Origin: Pelomyxa schiedti
Taxonomy: Eukaryota > Protista > Evosea
Reading direction: 5' to 3'
DNA: 39,162 bases
Assembly (NCBI GenBank): GCA_020536535.1
Contig: JAHLWZ010000950.1
Coordinates: forward strand, 1 to 39,162
Below the pieces are notes generated by a model, which saw only the letters and a list, made by a program, of their open reading frames with translations, did no database searches and was not told the DNA's origin. Shown piece after piece: positions 1-12,193 of this stretch (its first letter is position 1; each line of letters begins with the position of its first letter). Position numbers and translations under genes: made by a program.

Positions 1-470
1 CTGTTTCACACAGAGTACTCCCATTCTTCCCCACCCTTGACAAATCCGAAGTACTGAAAGAGCACAACTCAAGTGTGGCCCCAACCTACAATCATTATTA
101 ATAGACATCTATCTGAGAGACCGAAAGAATTCTTTCGAACAGTATACATACACATTGAGATGGCAATAGAGACACCCACCGCGCACCAGGCAGAACTTGT
201 CTGTGACAGAATTATCTCCCCCGCCACTTTGGCCACAGAACCCACGCCCTCGGAAGTGCGGGCGGAACTGCCGCCCCCCACCCAGGGGGAACCTGGCCTC
301 CGCCGCCGCGGCCAGCCACCACCACCAACGACGTCACTTTCGCCGCGCGGCACGGGAGGCGGTCCCGGTCGCGTTTGCCTTGCTAGGAGCGGGCCGCAGC
401 ACCCCACGGCACCACCACTTGCTCCCACACAATGCGGGACAGAACCAAGTCCGTTGTTTCTCTGTTTCCA
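1..470 (-). pseudogene. 5' part of a lineage-specific family gene, apparently frameshifted; continues off the left edge
   Basis: Minus strand reads TTDLVLSRIVWEQVVVPW, then needs a frameshift at a G4 run (about 402-405) and meets stops. A later frame gives VAKVAGEIILSQTSSAWCA, followed by a GT..AG intron (about 86-179) and a further exon. No clean ATG in frame. Confidence 0.3.
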
Positions 471-633
471 GATTGTGGGCGGGCATCCGGTACGGCGCCA
501 GTGTGGCTCATCGATTACGTAAGACGGAAAAATTTTTCTTCTTCCGGGAAGTCAATCGCGCTTGATTGACCGTACGATGCTGCACCGCGGACGACAACAA
601 CGTGGAATTGCCACAAACCCACGAGTGGGAAAA

Positions 634-1962
634 ATGGTCACGTTTGGGTCCAACGAAACGACAACAACAACCACAACGTTGAAAAATACCGGGTCTGCGA
701 CGATGCGGGACCAGATTATGGGATTGCTGGTGGGCATGCATCCTCGATGCGGTGGTTCCGGTTGTGTATTGTCATCACTCGATCGTGGTGGCGGTGATTA
801 TGGGACGCTGGCGGTGAGGCTGGTGTGGTGGTGGCTCACGTCGCACTCCAGGTTCTACTGTGTGCTGCTGGGCCTTGCTGTGCCCAAACACCTGGATTAC
901 GAGTATGACGAGATTGTGGTGGCAATCACGTTTGGGGTGTGCTCTGTGCTGATGACACTGACACATGGGGTGAGGTGGTGGGTGCAGAGAAGAACGGGGG
1001 AGGCCCTGGTGGGTGCAAATCCGCGCTACTTGGTTGTGGGCCAGCATTACTTTAGGAGCGTATACCTGAGGGACACGGTGAACGGCAACAGGATACTACT
1101 GGTCGATGTGGAATCATCTTGCAGCTGTAGATGTTGTGGGAAATTCTTTAGCCGTGACTGCCGAACTAATGGAAAGTGGTTGGTGCACTGCAATGCCCTG
1201 GAAAAGAAGCTGGTTCTCGTGGAGCTACCCAGACGGAAATATCTTGAGGAGAGTTCACATATATCAATCACTGCTGTTCCTTGTGGTTCAATCTCAGCAC
1301 ACGGATGCACAACAATGGGCATTTCATTTTGTTGTCACTCAGAAGACTGTGTATTGCTTTTGTGCAATGGTACAGGCAATGACCTCAATGATCCCCATCG
1401 ACTGCTGGTTTTGGTTGACCTCATTCAGACAAGGGCAACTAAAAAACTGGCAGTGCTCAGTTCAACAGTACCAAGATTAGAGGATGGGTGTGAATGTCTT
1501 GATTGGTGGTGGTATTTTCCAGTGACAGAACACTCTCTGCTGACCTTGACAAAGAAGGATGGTGTCAACAGTTTCATTCCAGTTATGTTTAATACGAACT
1601 GCACTGTTACCAGAATTGAGGAAAGAACTGGCACATCCAAAGAGAAACGTGGCACCACAACGAAGAAGAAGGGTGCCATCTCACAGCTGAATCAGTCACA
1701 GTACTGTGTCTTCAAGGATAACTGCTATAATGTGTGGGATGTCAATGATGAGTACAACAGTTACCCAGTGAAGACTGAAAGCCTCCCAAGTAGTTGCAGA
1801 GCCAAGTACTCTTTTGTTGAAGGTGGCCTTCTGTTCCTGGTGAGTCTAGATGGCAAACAAGTGCAAGTGACAGAGGAATACACTGGCGCACAGGTAATCA
1901 CACTGAGGCTAGCCAGGCCCATCGAACAAATTCTACATCATTTCTCCCACCTGCTTCTCTGA
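634..1962 (+). CDS. Intronless lineage-specific family protein (~442 aa); N-terminal 'RDQIMGLLVGMHPRCG' box plus a beta-rich, propeller-like C-terminal region
   Basis: Long uninterrupted ORF 562-1962. ATG at 634 (alternative 577), then poly-Thr and the MRDQIMGLLVGMHPRCGGS motif. Repeated beta-strand motifs (NGKWLV, LVLVDL, YNVWDVND, FVEGGLLF). Confidence 0.75.
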   Translation: MVTFGSNETTTTTTTLKNTGSATMRDQIMGLLVGMHPRCGGSGCVLSSLDRGGGDYGTLAVRLVWWWLTSHSRFYCVLLGLAVPKHLDYEYDEIVVAITFGVCSVLMTLTHGVRWWVQRRTGEALVGANPRYLVVGQHYFRSVYLRDTVNGNRILLVDVESSCSCRCCGKFFSRDCRTNGKWLVHCNALEKKLVLVELPRRKYLEESSHISITAVPCGSISAHGCTTMGISFCCHSEDCVLLLCNGTGNDLNDPHRLLVLVDLIQTRATKKLAVLSSTVPRLEDGCECLDWWWYFPVTEHSLLTLTKKDGVNSFIPVMFNTNCTVTRIEERTGTSKEKRGTTTKKKGAISQLNQSQYCVFKDNCYNVWDVNDEYNSYPVKTESLPSSCRAKYSFVEGGLLFLVSLDGKQVQVTEEYTGAQVITLRLARPIEQILHHFSHLLL

Positions 1963-2537
1963 TTTCTCAGGAAACGAAACAAAACAAAAAAATTTTTGAT
2001 AGGTCAGACCTCCACACAAGCCATCCCCATTGATAGACCATTTGGTTGGCATCCAATTGGCCCTGGGGAACGATCTTCACAAGTTCACGCTCTGACTTGT
2101 GGGAATCAATGGCGGTCATCATCCCTATTTCACTTATGGACTTTTGACTTGGATTCGGCACAATACTCCAGAAATGATCTTGAGAGTATGTCCAGAGGAA
2201 AACAGTATCTGTTCGGGAATAGTCTCTTCCGCAAAAACCCCGCACCCGTGTTATGGGAGAAAATAGTTTTTTTGTGCCCTTAAAAAGATTGGATTGGAGC
2301 TTCACCTCACGGAACCCGAATGAAGGACCATTATGAGCAGTAGAGAGTTTTTTCTGGGTGCCTCCTTCAGTCTCCGCCAGGCTGAACGGACACGTCTTAG
2401 ATTTCCATCAAAATAACAATTAATTGCCCAGTTGCAACTGTGCAGAGATCGAAATTATCATTAACGCTAATAATCCAAGACCAGCAACCTACAAGGCAGC
2501 GCAGCCGCACCGCACCACTAATAATCCACTACCGGAG

Positions 2538-4239
2538 ATGCAAACTACCGAGATCACACTGACACCAACCAAGGCCGACAAGGGTACCCCCGCCGTTGTC
2601 GACAAAACAGTGGTAAGATGTCCCCGTCCCGTTCGCGTTTGTTTTCCTGCAATAACTGCAAAAACAACCACATAAAAACAGGAAACCGCAAGCGAAGTGG
2701 TGAGCAACACAACGTCGACCACAGCGGCAGCCGAAGACGCGCCGATGGCGGGAAGGAAGAGGAGAAGCCTGCGCGGACAAGGAAAGAAAAAGGCCGACAA
2801 GGCAGAAAAGGCTGACAAGACCGAGGAGACAAGCGCAAGCGCCGCGTCGGACAAACCAATGCAGGAAGAGGCGGAGGCCCCTGGCCGCAAAAGAGGCAAG
2901 AAAGGGAGCAAGAGCTCTGCGGCAAAGCCGCTGCCTGCCAGGCGCGAGGACCCATGCCTGGTTTTCGCACCCAAACGCAACGTGCTGCAGGCCATCGAGA
3001 CCGTGAAGAAGATCGCAACTCCGGGGAAGGGCATCCTCGCTTGTGACGAAGATGCCAAGATAATGGCAAGCAGGTTCGATTTTCTCCAGATCGAGAATAC
3101 CCACGATCAGAGGATAAACATCCGGGATGTCATCTTTTTTACCGAAGGTACTGTTGCACTTTCTGGTAATGCTTATTAATCCCTCCACAAGGCATTGAGA
3201 AATACCTAAGTGGTGCTATACTGTGCCATGAAACCTTCCACGATAAATCCAAGATCGAGCCAACAAAAACTTTCCCCGAGATTTTGGCTAGTAAAGGAAT
3301 ACTCGTTGGAATCACCCTTGACGAGGGTTTGACCAACATCCCCCCAACAAGCGAAATGTGAGCTTATTTTCTCGGGTTTCTTGCACTAATTATTCTCAAG
3401 GTGGACAGCTGGATTAGCTGGATTGCAAGCTCGATGTTCCACTTTCAAGAAGCTTGGGGCTTCCTTTGCCAAATGGTGTGACTTCTTTTTTCGAGAGTAT
3501 CCAAGTCACCCACTCTTTAGGCGAGCAGTTTTTCAAGTTAACCCTTCTCCACAAGCACTCGAACTTAATGCAATGCATTTGGCGTTGTTCGCATCGACTT
3601 GTCAGGTACTTTCTTTATGTGGTTTCTTTAAATTTACACTTTTGTACAGTCTGAAGGTTTGGCACCAATAGTGGAGCCAGAAATTATCATGGAAGGGAGC
3701 CATACAGTGCAACAATGCCTTGAGACAACCCAGCAAGTCCTCACCGCCGTCTTCCAAGCACTTAGCAGATTCAATGTAGTGCTCGAAGGTATCATACTAA
3801 AACCAAGCATGGTTGTATCTGGCACTACCTGTGTTTCCCGACCTTCCCCTCAGCAATGTGCTGATGCTACCCTGCTTGCTGTCAGCAGGACCGTTCCTCC
3901 GGCTGTTCGTTGCATCATGGTATCCCACATCCTATTCTTTTCTCCCCTACTAAAACGCCTTACCACAGTTCTTGTCCGGCGGAATCCAAGACTCCAGGGC
4001 CACCCTGTTGCTAAAGCTGATCAACCAAGGCGTAGGACCCAAACCGTGGTACCTCGGCTTCTCATTTGGCAGAGCCCTACAGGACTCTTGCCGCGCTGCT
4101 TGGAAAGGTTCATTATCTCTTCCCACTTTCCTCGGTACCAACAACACCACTAGGTAAACCCGATAACGTCGATGTTGCCCGCAAAGTGTTCCTTTCCCAA
4201 TGCATCTCGTGCTCTGAAGCCGCTCTAGGCTCGCTATAA
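2538..4239 (+). CDS. Class I fructose-bisphosphate aldolase family protein, divergent, with Lys-rich N-terminal extension (8 exons)
   Basis: Splicing 7 short GT-AG introns (e.g. 2613-2681, 3148-3191, 3358-3400, 3476-3520) gives KIATPGKGILACDE, FAKWRAV, PIVEPEI, LEGIILKPSMV (Schiff-base Lys), FLSGG and FSFGRALQ, ending EAALGSL-stop. Confidence 0.93.
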
Positions 4240-4455
4240 CCTACCCAACAACATAACATTACAAACAACAACAACAGTGGGCACTAAGTAAGTCCCATAA
4301 CAAAACTATTGTTTTGCCGCTCCCTGTGTTCCCTTTATAAAACTACACAGAATCCTACAAGGGGTCTCTGTGTGGGTTTTTTTTTTTGTTTTGTGTTCTG
4401 TAGGTGCCGGTGCTGTGTCTGGTTGTGATTTGCCTTTGGTGACGGGGGTTTGTGC

Positions 4456-4653
4456 CTAACTTGTTTTTCCAGGGGGTACTTTTGGGACGTGTTGAGGGGG
4501 CAGTGCGGGGATGCCGGCGGTGGCGGCGACGTACATGCTTGCCTGGGCGGCCAGCTGCGCCGCCGCGTCTCGGAGCTCGGCTGCCTCGCGCTCGGCGGCT
4601 GCCGCGGCTTCCTCTTCCTCGGTCGGGGGCGGGGCACCACAGGGGTCAATCAT
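4456..4653 (-). CDS. Small hypothetical Ala/Glu-rich helical protein (65 aa, possibly spliced further)
   Basis: ATG in an AAAATG context after a CA-rich leader. GC-rich codons like other first exons (EEEEAAAAAEREAAELRDAAAQLAAQA). No recognisable domain. Confidence 0.4.
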   Translation of the reverse strand: MIDPCGAPPPTEEEEAAAAAEREAAELRDAAAQLAAQASMYVAATAGIPALPPQHVPKVPPGKTS

Positions 4654-5381
4654 TTTCTATTTTTGGGTGTGTATGTGTGTGGTGGGTTGTATGGGTATGG
4701 TGGGGTGGTTGTGTGTGTGTGATTGTTTGTGTTTGTTTGGTTTGTGGTGAGGGGGAGGGATATTGTTAATACCAAGCGGCGTTATTAAAACGGTGGTGGG
4801 TGAAAGGAACCTCCAATAAGCGGTATCTCACTCTGCCTACTGGAGCATTCTGGAAGACAGTTAGAGGGGAAAGAAGGGAGACAGCTAAGATAGTGTTGAA
4901 GTGCAATTAAGGATGGAGAATTTTTCTACGGCGGAAAGTATATTCGTTTTTAAGACAAGAGGTATACCTCTGCTATTGAGAAGTAAGACAACAGATGGTA
5001 GTGCCCTATGAACGACGCGTAACTGTCTCGGTGCTGATTCACTGCCCATTCACTATTAAGAGACGATGTTAAAAACGGGGAAAAGCTAATACAATTCCAG
5101 CCTCCAGCCAAAACAAACATAAAAAATGGCCGCTAAATTGGGCGTACTATTTTGTAGTGTCAGCGTGACCTGTGCCCACATATTTGGTCTGCAAGTGCTC
5201 CAATTGACTCTGTAACGAGTCTCGTGTAGCCATTCAACAATTTGGTTAAGACTCCTCTCCCTTTCTCTTGCTTTCGTGTCAACAAACGACCCACCGGTGT
5301 CACCTCCGCACCGAAAAAAAAAAAGAAAGAAAAATGGATCTCCTATCTATTTATCAAAAAAACAAAAAACGCTGGAAATTT

Positions 5382-8300
5382 TCATTCTAAGTCTACATAG
5401 ATAGAGTTGGGGGGTTGTGTTGCGGATTGCAGCTTATGTGTTATTGGGTGGTGTGCGGTTAGTGAACTCAGATACGGAACCTGTGCGGCCGTGCCGCATC
5501 CCGATTTGTATACCCCGTTGTGTGCTGATACTAGGGTTTGGTTAGTGACAGGAATAGTGAGGTTTGGTGGGTCAACGTACCTGTCAGAACTGGAGCGGAG
5601 CGGGTGGAACGGTTGTGCGAAGAGACGCGGGGGAATGCTGGATATTTGGGTTCGGTGTTTCTCCCTTTTGATTGGTTTCGGAGGGGGAGTCAGTGATTGC
5701 GGAGCCGGTTTCGGCTTGGATTCTGTGCTGGTATTGGAAGCGGTGAGAAGGGTGCCTTTTTCACTGCTGCTTTCTGTGTGGGTAGAGGGTTGTGTGGCGG
5801 AGTTCTCGCTGGTTTCACTGTTTTTCTCGGTTGTTTGGTTTTGAGTGCCTTGACCAGACTCGCCCTTCACTGTCTTTCTGTCTGCATTTTCCACTGTGTT
5901 AGGCTTCTCAGTTTCTTGTGCTGCTGCAGCCGAGCTGGGTTCGGTGCAAGAAACTTGAGTTCCTTCAACTTGGAGCCTCTCTTTTTGTCTTTTGTGCCGA
6001 TGTGGGGATTCTTCCACCGCTGTGGGTACAGAATCGCTACCATCTTCCGGAGGTGGTGGGGGATTCACTCTCTGCCGGCGCCTATGTTTACGCTGTCCGG
6101 GTGGAGGAGGGGGAGGGGGCGGGACTTCATCCTCTTCGAGAGGAGTGAAAGTGGCTAGTGGGGTATGAGGTGTTGTGGTACGTTGGGCAGGGGAGAGTGG
6201 AGGTGAACAGGATGATGAAAGTGGAGAATTGGTGGGTGATGCTGCAGGAGGGGTTAAGTTAGAAGCCATTGAAGGTGGTGGGGTGGATGGTGGAGCGGCT
6301 TCTCGCGGAGATGCTGGTGGCGGTGGTGGAGTTGATGGGGGGCCGAGACTATGACCAGGAGTTGTCAGAGAGGCGGATCGCCTAAGTGATTTGAGATAAA
6401 TAGGAAAGAACCACCGCATGCACACTTCAACGACGGAGTCTGCAGGTGTTCAGATAGGGAACCTTGTGGAGGTGCGTTCCTTTTTGGTTCAAAACCGACA
6501 TCGGCAATTAGAGCCTCGGGATGGTTTACAACTGTATCCATTGTGAGGTCTAGCTTTGCCTATCCACTAATAAGACATTGGGGAGAAATGTGACACTTAC
6601 AAGAGGGCATCCCTTTAGTACTGCTACAGTATCGTAAGACTCGTTCCACATTGCAAGGTCGGATGGTATAACCCCACTTTCTTCGGCGACACGAAGCTTT
6701 TTGTGTTAAAGAAAAAAAAAAGGAGGGAGTGGCCACACCAATTTTTGAGAAACTTGCAACAGCCGCATTGCTGCTCTTGGCCGATTGTAGAAACAAGCAT
6801 AATGGAGTGCAGTCCACCCTTTATTATCTTGCAAGTCCGATATGAGTTTACATTGTGTGCGCGATCTTACCAGTGGCAGAAGTATTTGCCCCGTTCTGAA
6901 GAAGCAACTCCAACAAAAGAGGATTGCCAGCGAAAACAGCTTGTTTTCAGTTAAAAACGAATTACCGAACTGTGGAAAGTCAATCACCGTGGTGTAGAGG
7001 AGCTCTACCCAAAGCATCGTCAGTGTCAACCCAGTTTGTATCGGCACCTGCCACAACCAGCTGTAGTGCTGCTTTAACATCCACATTGGCATTCTGGGTG
7101 GCAATGTACAGTGCCTATTTATCGTATCAGTTCAATTTTGCGATGCAAGTGTTGGTACTTTATTGATTTCATCTTGGGACATGGATTGCTGCGGGACAAA
7201 CTTTTTTGATTCATACTTTGTTTTGATAAAAGTTTCTCGTAAAGCTCTGAATAGTTAATGAGTTACATAAACAAATGGATGCATCAAATAACCTTTCAGA
7301 TTTTGCACAAGGTTTCGGTATGGGTAGGGGTGAAATAGATTCCAGTATTTCGTTGATTTTTTTGTTGCCACAGTGCTTCATGTACTAGAGATAGAGCGGT
7401 TACATTGTTTTCTTTAAAAAGTGAAGTATTATTACCAACAGCATGTCGGGATTCCATTTATCAAGCGTGAGGGACCGAACTTTAGAAATGTGGGTTCCCA
7501 TAGCACGGTGAACCCCACTGCATTCTGTATGATCCATCAGCCATGCAATTCAGATGAAAACACATACCCAAGCACATTAAAACTCCAAGGTTGATAGAAG
7601 CCCAATCCGGAGCTTTGGGTAACTAAGATATTATTGAGAAGGAAGGATCAAACCAGGGCAGTCACAGTCAATACATGTAGAGTTACCAGGTATACTGTGG
7701 AGGTAGTCTATTTCACGAGGAGAGAGAGTAGAAAAGTTTGTTGCTGGTGCCATTTCGCCTTGGGGATCTTGACTCGTTTTGGTCTATATATTTTTATTGG
7801 GACTTCCTTTTTTTTTGGTGAAATTGTTTACTGCCGTTGAGGAGGCACTCAGGGAATTGAGATTGATTGCAATGGAATTTTGTATTTCTTTCATCCATTC
7901 GTTCCTCTCACCCTCTGATTCAGCCTGCATAGGCCATAAGAAACAATGGGTAGGAGTCGGGTACTTCAAATTGCCAAGATTTCTTCAATTGAGGAGAGAG
8001 AATTTCAAACTTTCTATTGTCTTCACTGACAGGGCGCACTGTGCACATGATTACACTTAACGCACTAGCTGGGTCAAAGTCCTGAGAAAAACGTCAAACT
8101 AGAAAAAAAATGTATGGGCAAGTTCAACTTTATTTGGCCGAAGCTGAAAAATCAGGCCCTCTCGTAAGACCACAAAAATTTTGTTCGGACCTAGTTTGCC
8201 CCTTTTTACCAGAATTCCTTCTTTCTGCACTTTCACTGTTCGGGAACCTGGAGCTACTCAGAAAGGAGGGAGTATATAGTCGTCGATACTCATTTCTTCT

Positions 8301-9336
8301 ACATGTTTGGTCATTTCCAGCGATTTCTTTTTGAGCAGCCCTAGAACTTTTGTTACCTTGAAATTTTTATTTTGTCGACATTTGGGACAATGGAAAAACC
8401 TTATCTTGGGTGATAACTAATTCATCCACCCCCTCCAACAAAGTGGCAAGAAGCCTAGTATCCTTCTTGGAGTCGAGATTTCCCAAATTCTTTATCACAG
8501 ACAATTTGCACTCATCTATTTTTGCTTGCAGAGCTGCTGGATCGCCTTGTACCTGGCAATTTTAACTTCGCAAGTTATATATTTTTCATACATTTTTTAC
8601 ACCAGAAGATATTTTAGCAACGAGTGCCTCATATTCATTTTTAAGTCGGTCAAGACGCTTCACTGATTCCTATTCCAATGATTCTATGAGATACATGGGA
8701 AGTAAGGAAATAAACATTGAACTCTAGAAAATCGAAGTCAACGAACACGGAGATCCCTGAAAGCTTCTGGGCCATACTAATCGACTGGTTGGAAGTTTAG
8801 TATAATTGCTTGTGGTGAGTTTGAAAAATCATTACCGCAGCATGGTGGATTCCACTGATAGACTTGAGTGTGCCAGATAGTTGTGTAATGGCCCGGCCTT
8901 CGATTTGATTAATGCATAATAGCAAAACGAAACGAGTACCAAAGGGGCTAGTTTTGTCTAAATTGGACATATTTCTCAGCTTTGTAAAGTAGTTAAAGAA
9001 AAAAAGAAAAGAAGTGGAAACATAAACCAAAGGTGGGAAAATACCTCATCAGCAACAGACCCTATGTCCGTTGCATAAGCTACACAATAGAACAGAACAG
9101 AACAGAAATATATTTGGAAGTTAGATAAATTGTTCTGTCCCGAATCCACGTTTCACGCGCCTTTCATGGACTCCTCGTATTTCCTTGTCGCCTTCAGCAC
9201 GTTCTTTGCCGCGTTTCTCAGCGCGTGCATGCGCTGTGTGTGTGTGAGTGGTCAAAGTTCGCCCGCCGAGGCGTCATAAGATTGGCAAAGTTTGAAAACC
9301 AAACACACTCACGTCTATGTCGTCTGACGTAGCCAT
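5382..9336 (-). CDS. BAR-PH-ArfGAP-ankyrin repeat protein (ACAP/ASAP, centaurin-beta-like) with Pro/Ser-rich tail; 5' end uncertain
   Basis: Multi-exon. Helical BAR-like N-terminus. PH end '[23 protein letters not shown]'. ArfGAP zinc finger CIDC...[38 protein letters not shown] with the Arg finger. Ankyrin '[15 protein letters not shown]'. Last exon is ORF 5382-6425. Confidence 0.9.
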
Positions 9337-9617
9337 GCTGGGGAGATCCTCCTACAAGTCGATTAGTCGCCAAACGGTACCCAATCAATGTCTGTTGGCA
9401 AAGATTTCGTTGTCTCTTGTTTCTGTGAAGGCAGGGATCTTATCACAGCACACTTGACGCTCCCAACGCTGGTGAGATTGCTGTCGCAGTGCACAACATG
9501 GAAACTTGAAATTCCCAGACAGAAGGAGCTTCCAAACTCAAAAAGAGTTCAGACAGACAGAATCAAAAAGCAGCTTTTCGAAATTGCGAAACAGTACGAA
9601 ATCAAAAAAGAACAACG

Positions 9618-12085
9618 ATGAAGGCCACTACGCCAAGCAAGGGGGCTGCGTCTGCCGACGTGATGCCCACTCCCACCACCACTACGCCGTCCAAGAGGCC
9701 CGTGACCACCAAGCGCGACGAGGACGACGACGACGGCGACGTGACGGCCTCCCCGCGCCTGGTGCCCCACCCGCCCCCTCCCCCCACCATCTCCCTCTCC
9801 TCAGCCCCCTCAGGGGCGCCTTCGTCGTCCCACCACCCGCTCTCGGCCGCCTCCTCCGCGTCCACCGCCGCCGCGCCGAGCTCGGGCCCCGTGGCGCACC
9901 TGACTCCCCATCGCGGGCCGGTTCCCACCCTCGCGGTGCCGTCGTCCCCCGCGGCGTCCTCCCGCACCGCGTCCCCGCGGCGTCCCTCCCCGCGGCCCTC
10001 TCCCCGGGGCGGCGCGGGCGTGGCCGCGGGCTCAGGGGCCGTCGCCGTCGCGGTGGCGGCGGCCGTGGCCAGCGCCGTGTCCGCATCGTCCTCATCGCCT
10101 GCGGCGGAAGCGTTGAATCCCATAATAACACGGGGAGGTGGGGGCACCGGCGCGGGGCTGAGCGTGGGCATTGTGGTTCCATCGTCATCGCCGCCGCCTT
10201 CGTCGGCTGTTTTGGCGAATTCCTCCAGTTCCATTGTGTCATCGTCATCATCAACAACATCAGGTTCTGGTGTGCCAAAGTCTGCTGCTGCGGGTGGTGG
10301 TGCTCGTGGAAAGAAGAAGCTGAAGACTACAGTGATGGAGGGAATTATAAACTTCGCGTTCATGGTGTATGTGACAACCTTTTTGATTGGATTCTACTTT
10401 GCCTATGACATTGTTGGTGTGCTCTCTGTGTACCTGAGAGTATGGCTCCCATTCTGGAATAATTCCCCCTACTGAACGCTATTGCACTAGGAGGAACGCG
10501 GTTTTTCAACAAAGCAGCTGGGTGCTTTGTTCACTGTATATGCAACACCGAACCTCATCATTCCAATTATAGGTGGAAACATCATTGATAAGTACGTGTA
10601 GTATGGGAATGATTGTGATTAGGCTGCATCGATACTATCAATTTTTTTCCTGTTTTATCAAATAGGGGAATTTATTGATAATGTCGATACTGCCCTGTTG
10701 TATTTTGTGTTTGGTTCTCAATGCACGCCTTCCTCCATACCTCCTTTTTTTTCTGTTTACTTCATCTCGTAGATTGGGAGTTGCAAAAACACTGCTCATC
10801 TTTCAAGTTATTCAGTTAATTGGAGTTGTTGTTCTTGCTTCACACAAATCATTTGAGGTCATGATGCTTGGCCGGTTCATCTTTGGGTTAGCTGGTGAAT
10901 GCCTCCCGGCAGTAGTGAATAAGATTATCTACAAGTGGTTTTCTGGGAGAATGTACAACGTTTCTCCAATCTCCAACTATCTGATGTATGCATTAGGGCC
11001 ACTGCTGGTTACTCCCTTTCCTCGTTCTTTGCGGAAGCCAGCACCGTTGTAGCATTCAATACTCTCCCCATTGTAGCAGAAAATATCTCATTGGAATTTG
11101 CGCTGTGGATTCCATCGTTTCTTGTTGCATTTACCTTGTTGGAGTCTATTGCGTACTTCTTCCTCGACAAGTATCTAACTACTAAGGGACGCTCTCACAT
11201 TGAAGACGACAATCCTTCTGGAAATCGTGGATTGAGAAGCTGGTTCCCTTCTCTTTCCGAGTTGCGACTCGTATTCCGCTGGTATTCCCTTCTCCTGGAG
11301 TAACTTTTTCCTTATTTAGACCAGGGATTACATATTACCTGTTGTAACATTTGCTGTATATGGCTCTTCTATTTATACTTTTATGAACTTTAGTAGCGAC
11401 TTCATTTATGAGTGGTATGATAAGCCTGCCACAGATGCATCAACTCTTGCATCTCTAGTCATGGTTTCAGTATGTATCCAGAAAAAGTGGCACTTCTCCT
11501 CTTATGCTGAGTACAGGCAAGTGCGACTGCTATTCCGGCGGGAATCTTAATGGCCATATTCGGTCTACACATCTTCATGCAACTCACCAACGCTGTTTGT
11601 CAAACTGCCGCCTACTTGATGTTGCTGTACAAGGTAACCCCAGCAGCTGGCCTCCTTCTTCTTGGCACAGCGCTCACAAGCGGCACTGCCGCAATGAACT
11701 GGTACCAATCCGTTAACCAAAAAAATGCACTAATTCACAACGCAGTTGCATCAGCATTGCGTTACCATCACGGCGCCTTGGACTTGGCTTTGGGATATCT
11801 GGAGTACTTCAGTCTATATCCTACTTTGTGATGCCGCTCACGGCCGGAGCTCTGTACTCTGTGCGGGATGACTACAGTGCCTTCATGTGGTTCTTCGTTG
11901 CTGGTGGGGCATTCTGTGTGGCCCTCACTATTACAACACTTGTAGTCAATCACCGGAAACATGGCAGGCTCAATAGGGTTGTTCCAAATGAGAAGAACGA
12001 GGAGGAAGAGAGCATTGATGTTGAAGAGGAGGTGGAAATGGAGGACTTGCGTAATTCCAGGGATTCTAGGGATTCAACTGACTGA
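9618..12085 (+). CDS. Major facilitator superfamily transporter (MFSD1-like) with long Ser/Pro/Ala-rich N-terminus
   Basis: Spliced product contains GFYFAYDIVG, LFTVYATPNLIIPIIGGNIIDKLG (MFS motif A region) and MLGRFIFGLAGECL...KWFSG. About 12 hydrophobic segments and an acidic C-tail ending at TGA 12083-12085. Confidence 0.88.
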
Positions 12086-12193
12086 AGAACGAAGAGTTTG
12101 GTTGTACAACATAACTACTATTTTAAAAAAAAGAGAGAAATATTTCGTTTATAGCTTGTGCAATTTTTTCATTTAGATGGTAGAAACGCACAA

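Noticed and set aside
3476-3520. Intron with internal inverted repeat GTGACTT/AAGTCAC, suggesting introner elements
   Set aside because: Only 7 bp, not seen in other introns, and introns share no sequence similarity.
9506-10408. Long overlapping or antisense ORFs in GC-rich first exons (also near 2.5-3.1, 22.0, 24.2 and 32.2 kb)
   Set aside because: Shadow ORFs from high GC and low stop frequency; no domain signal.
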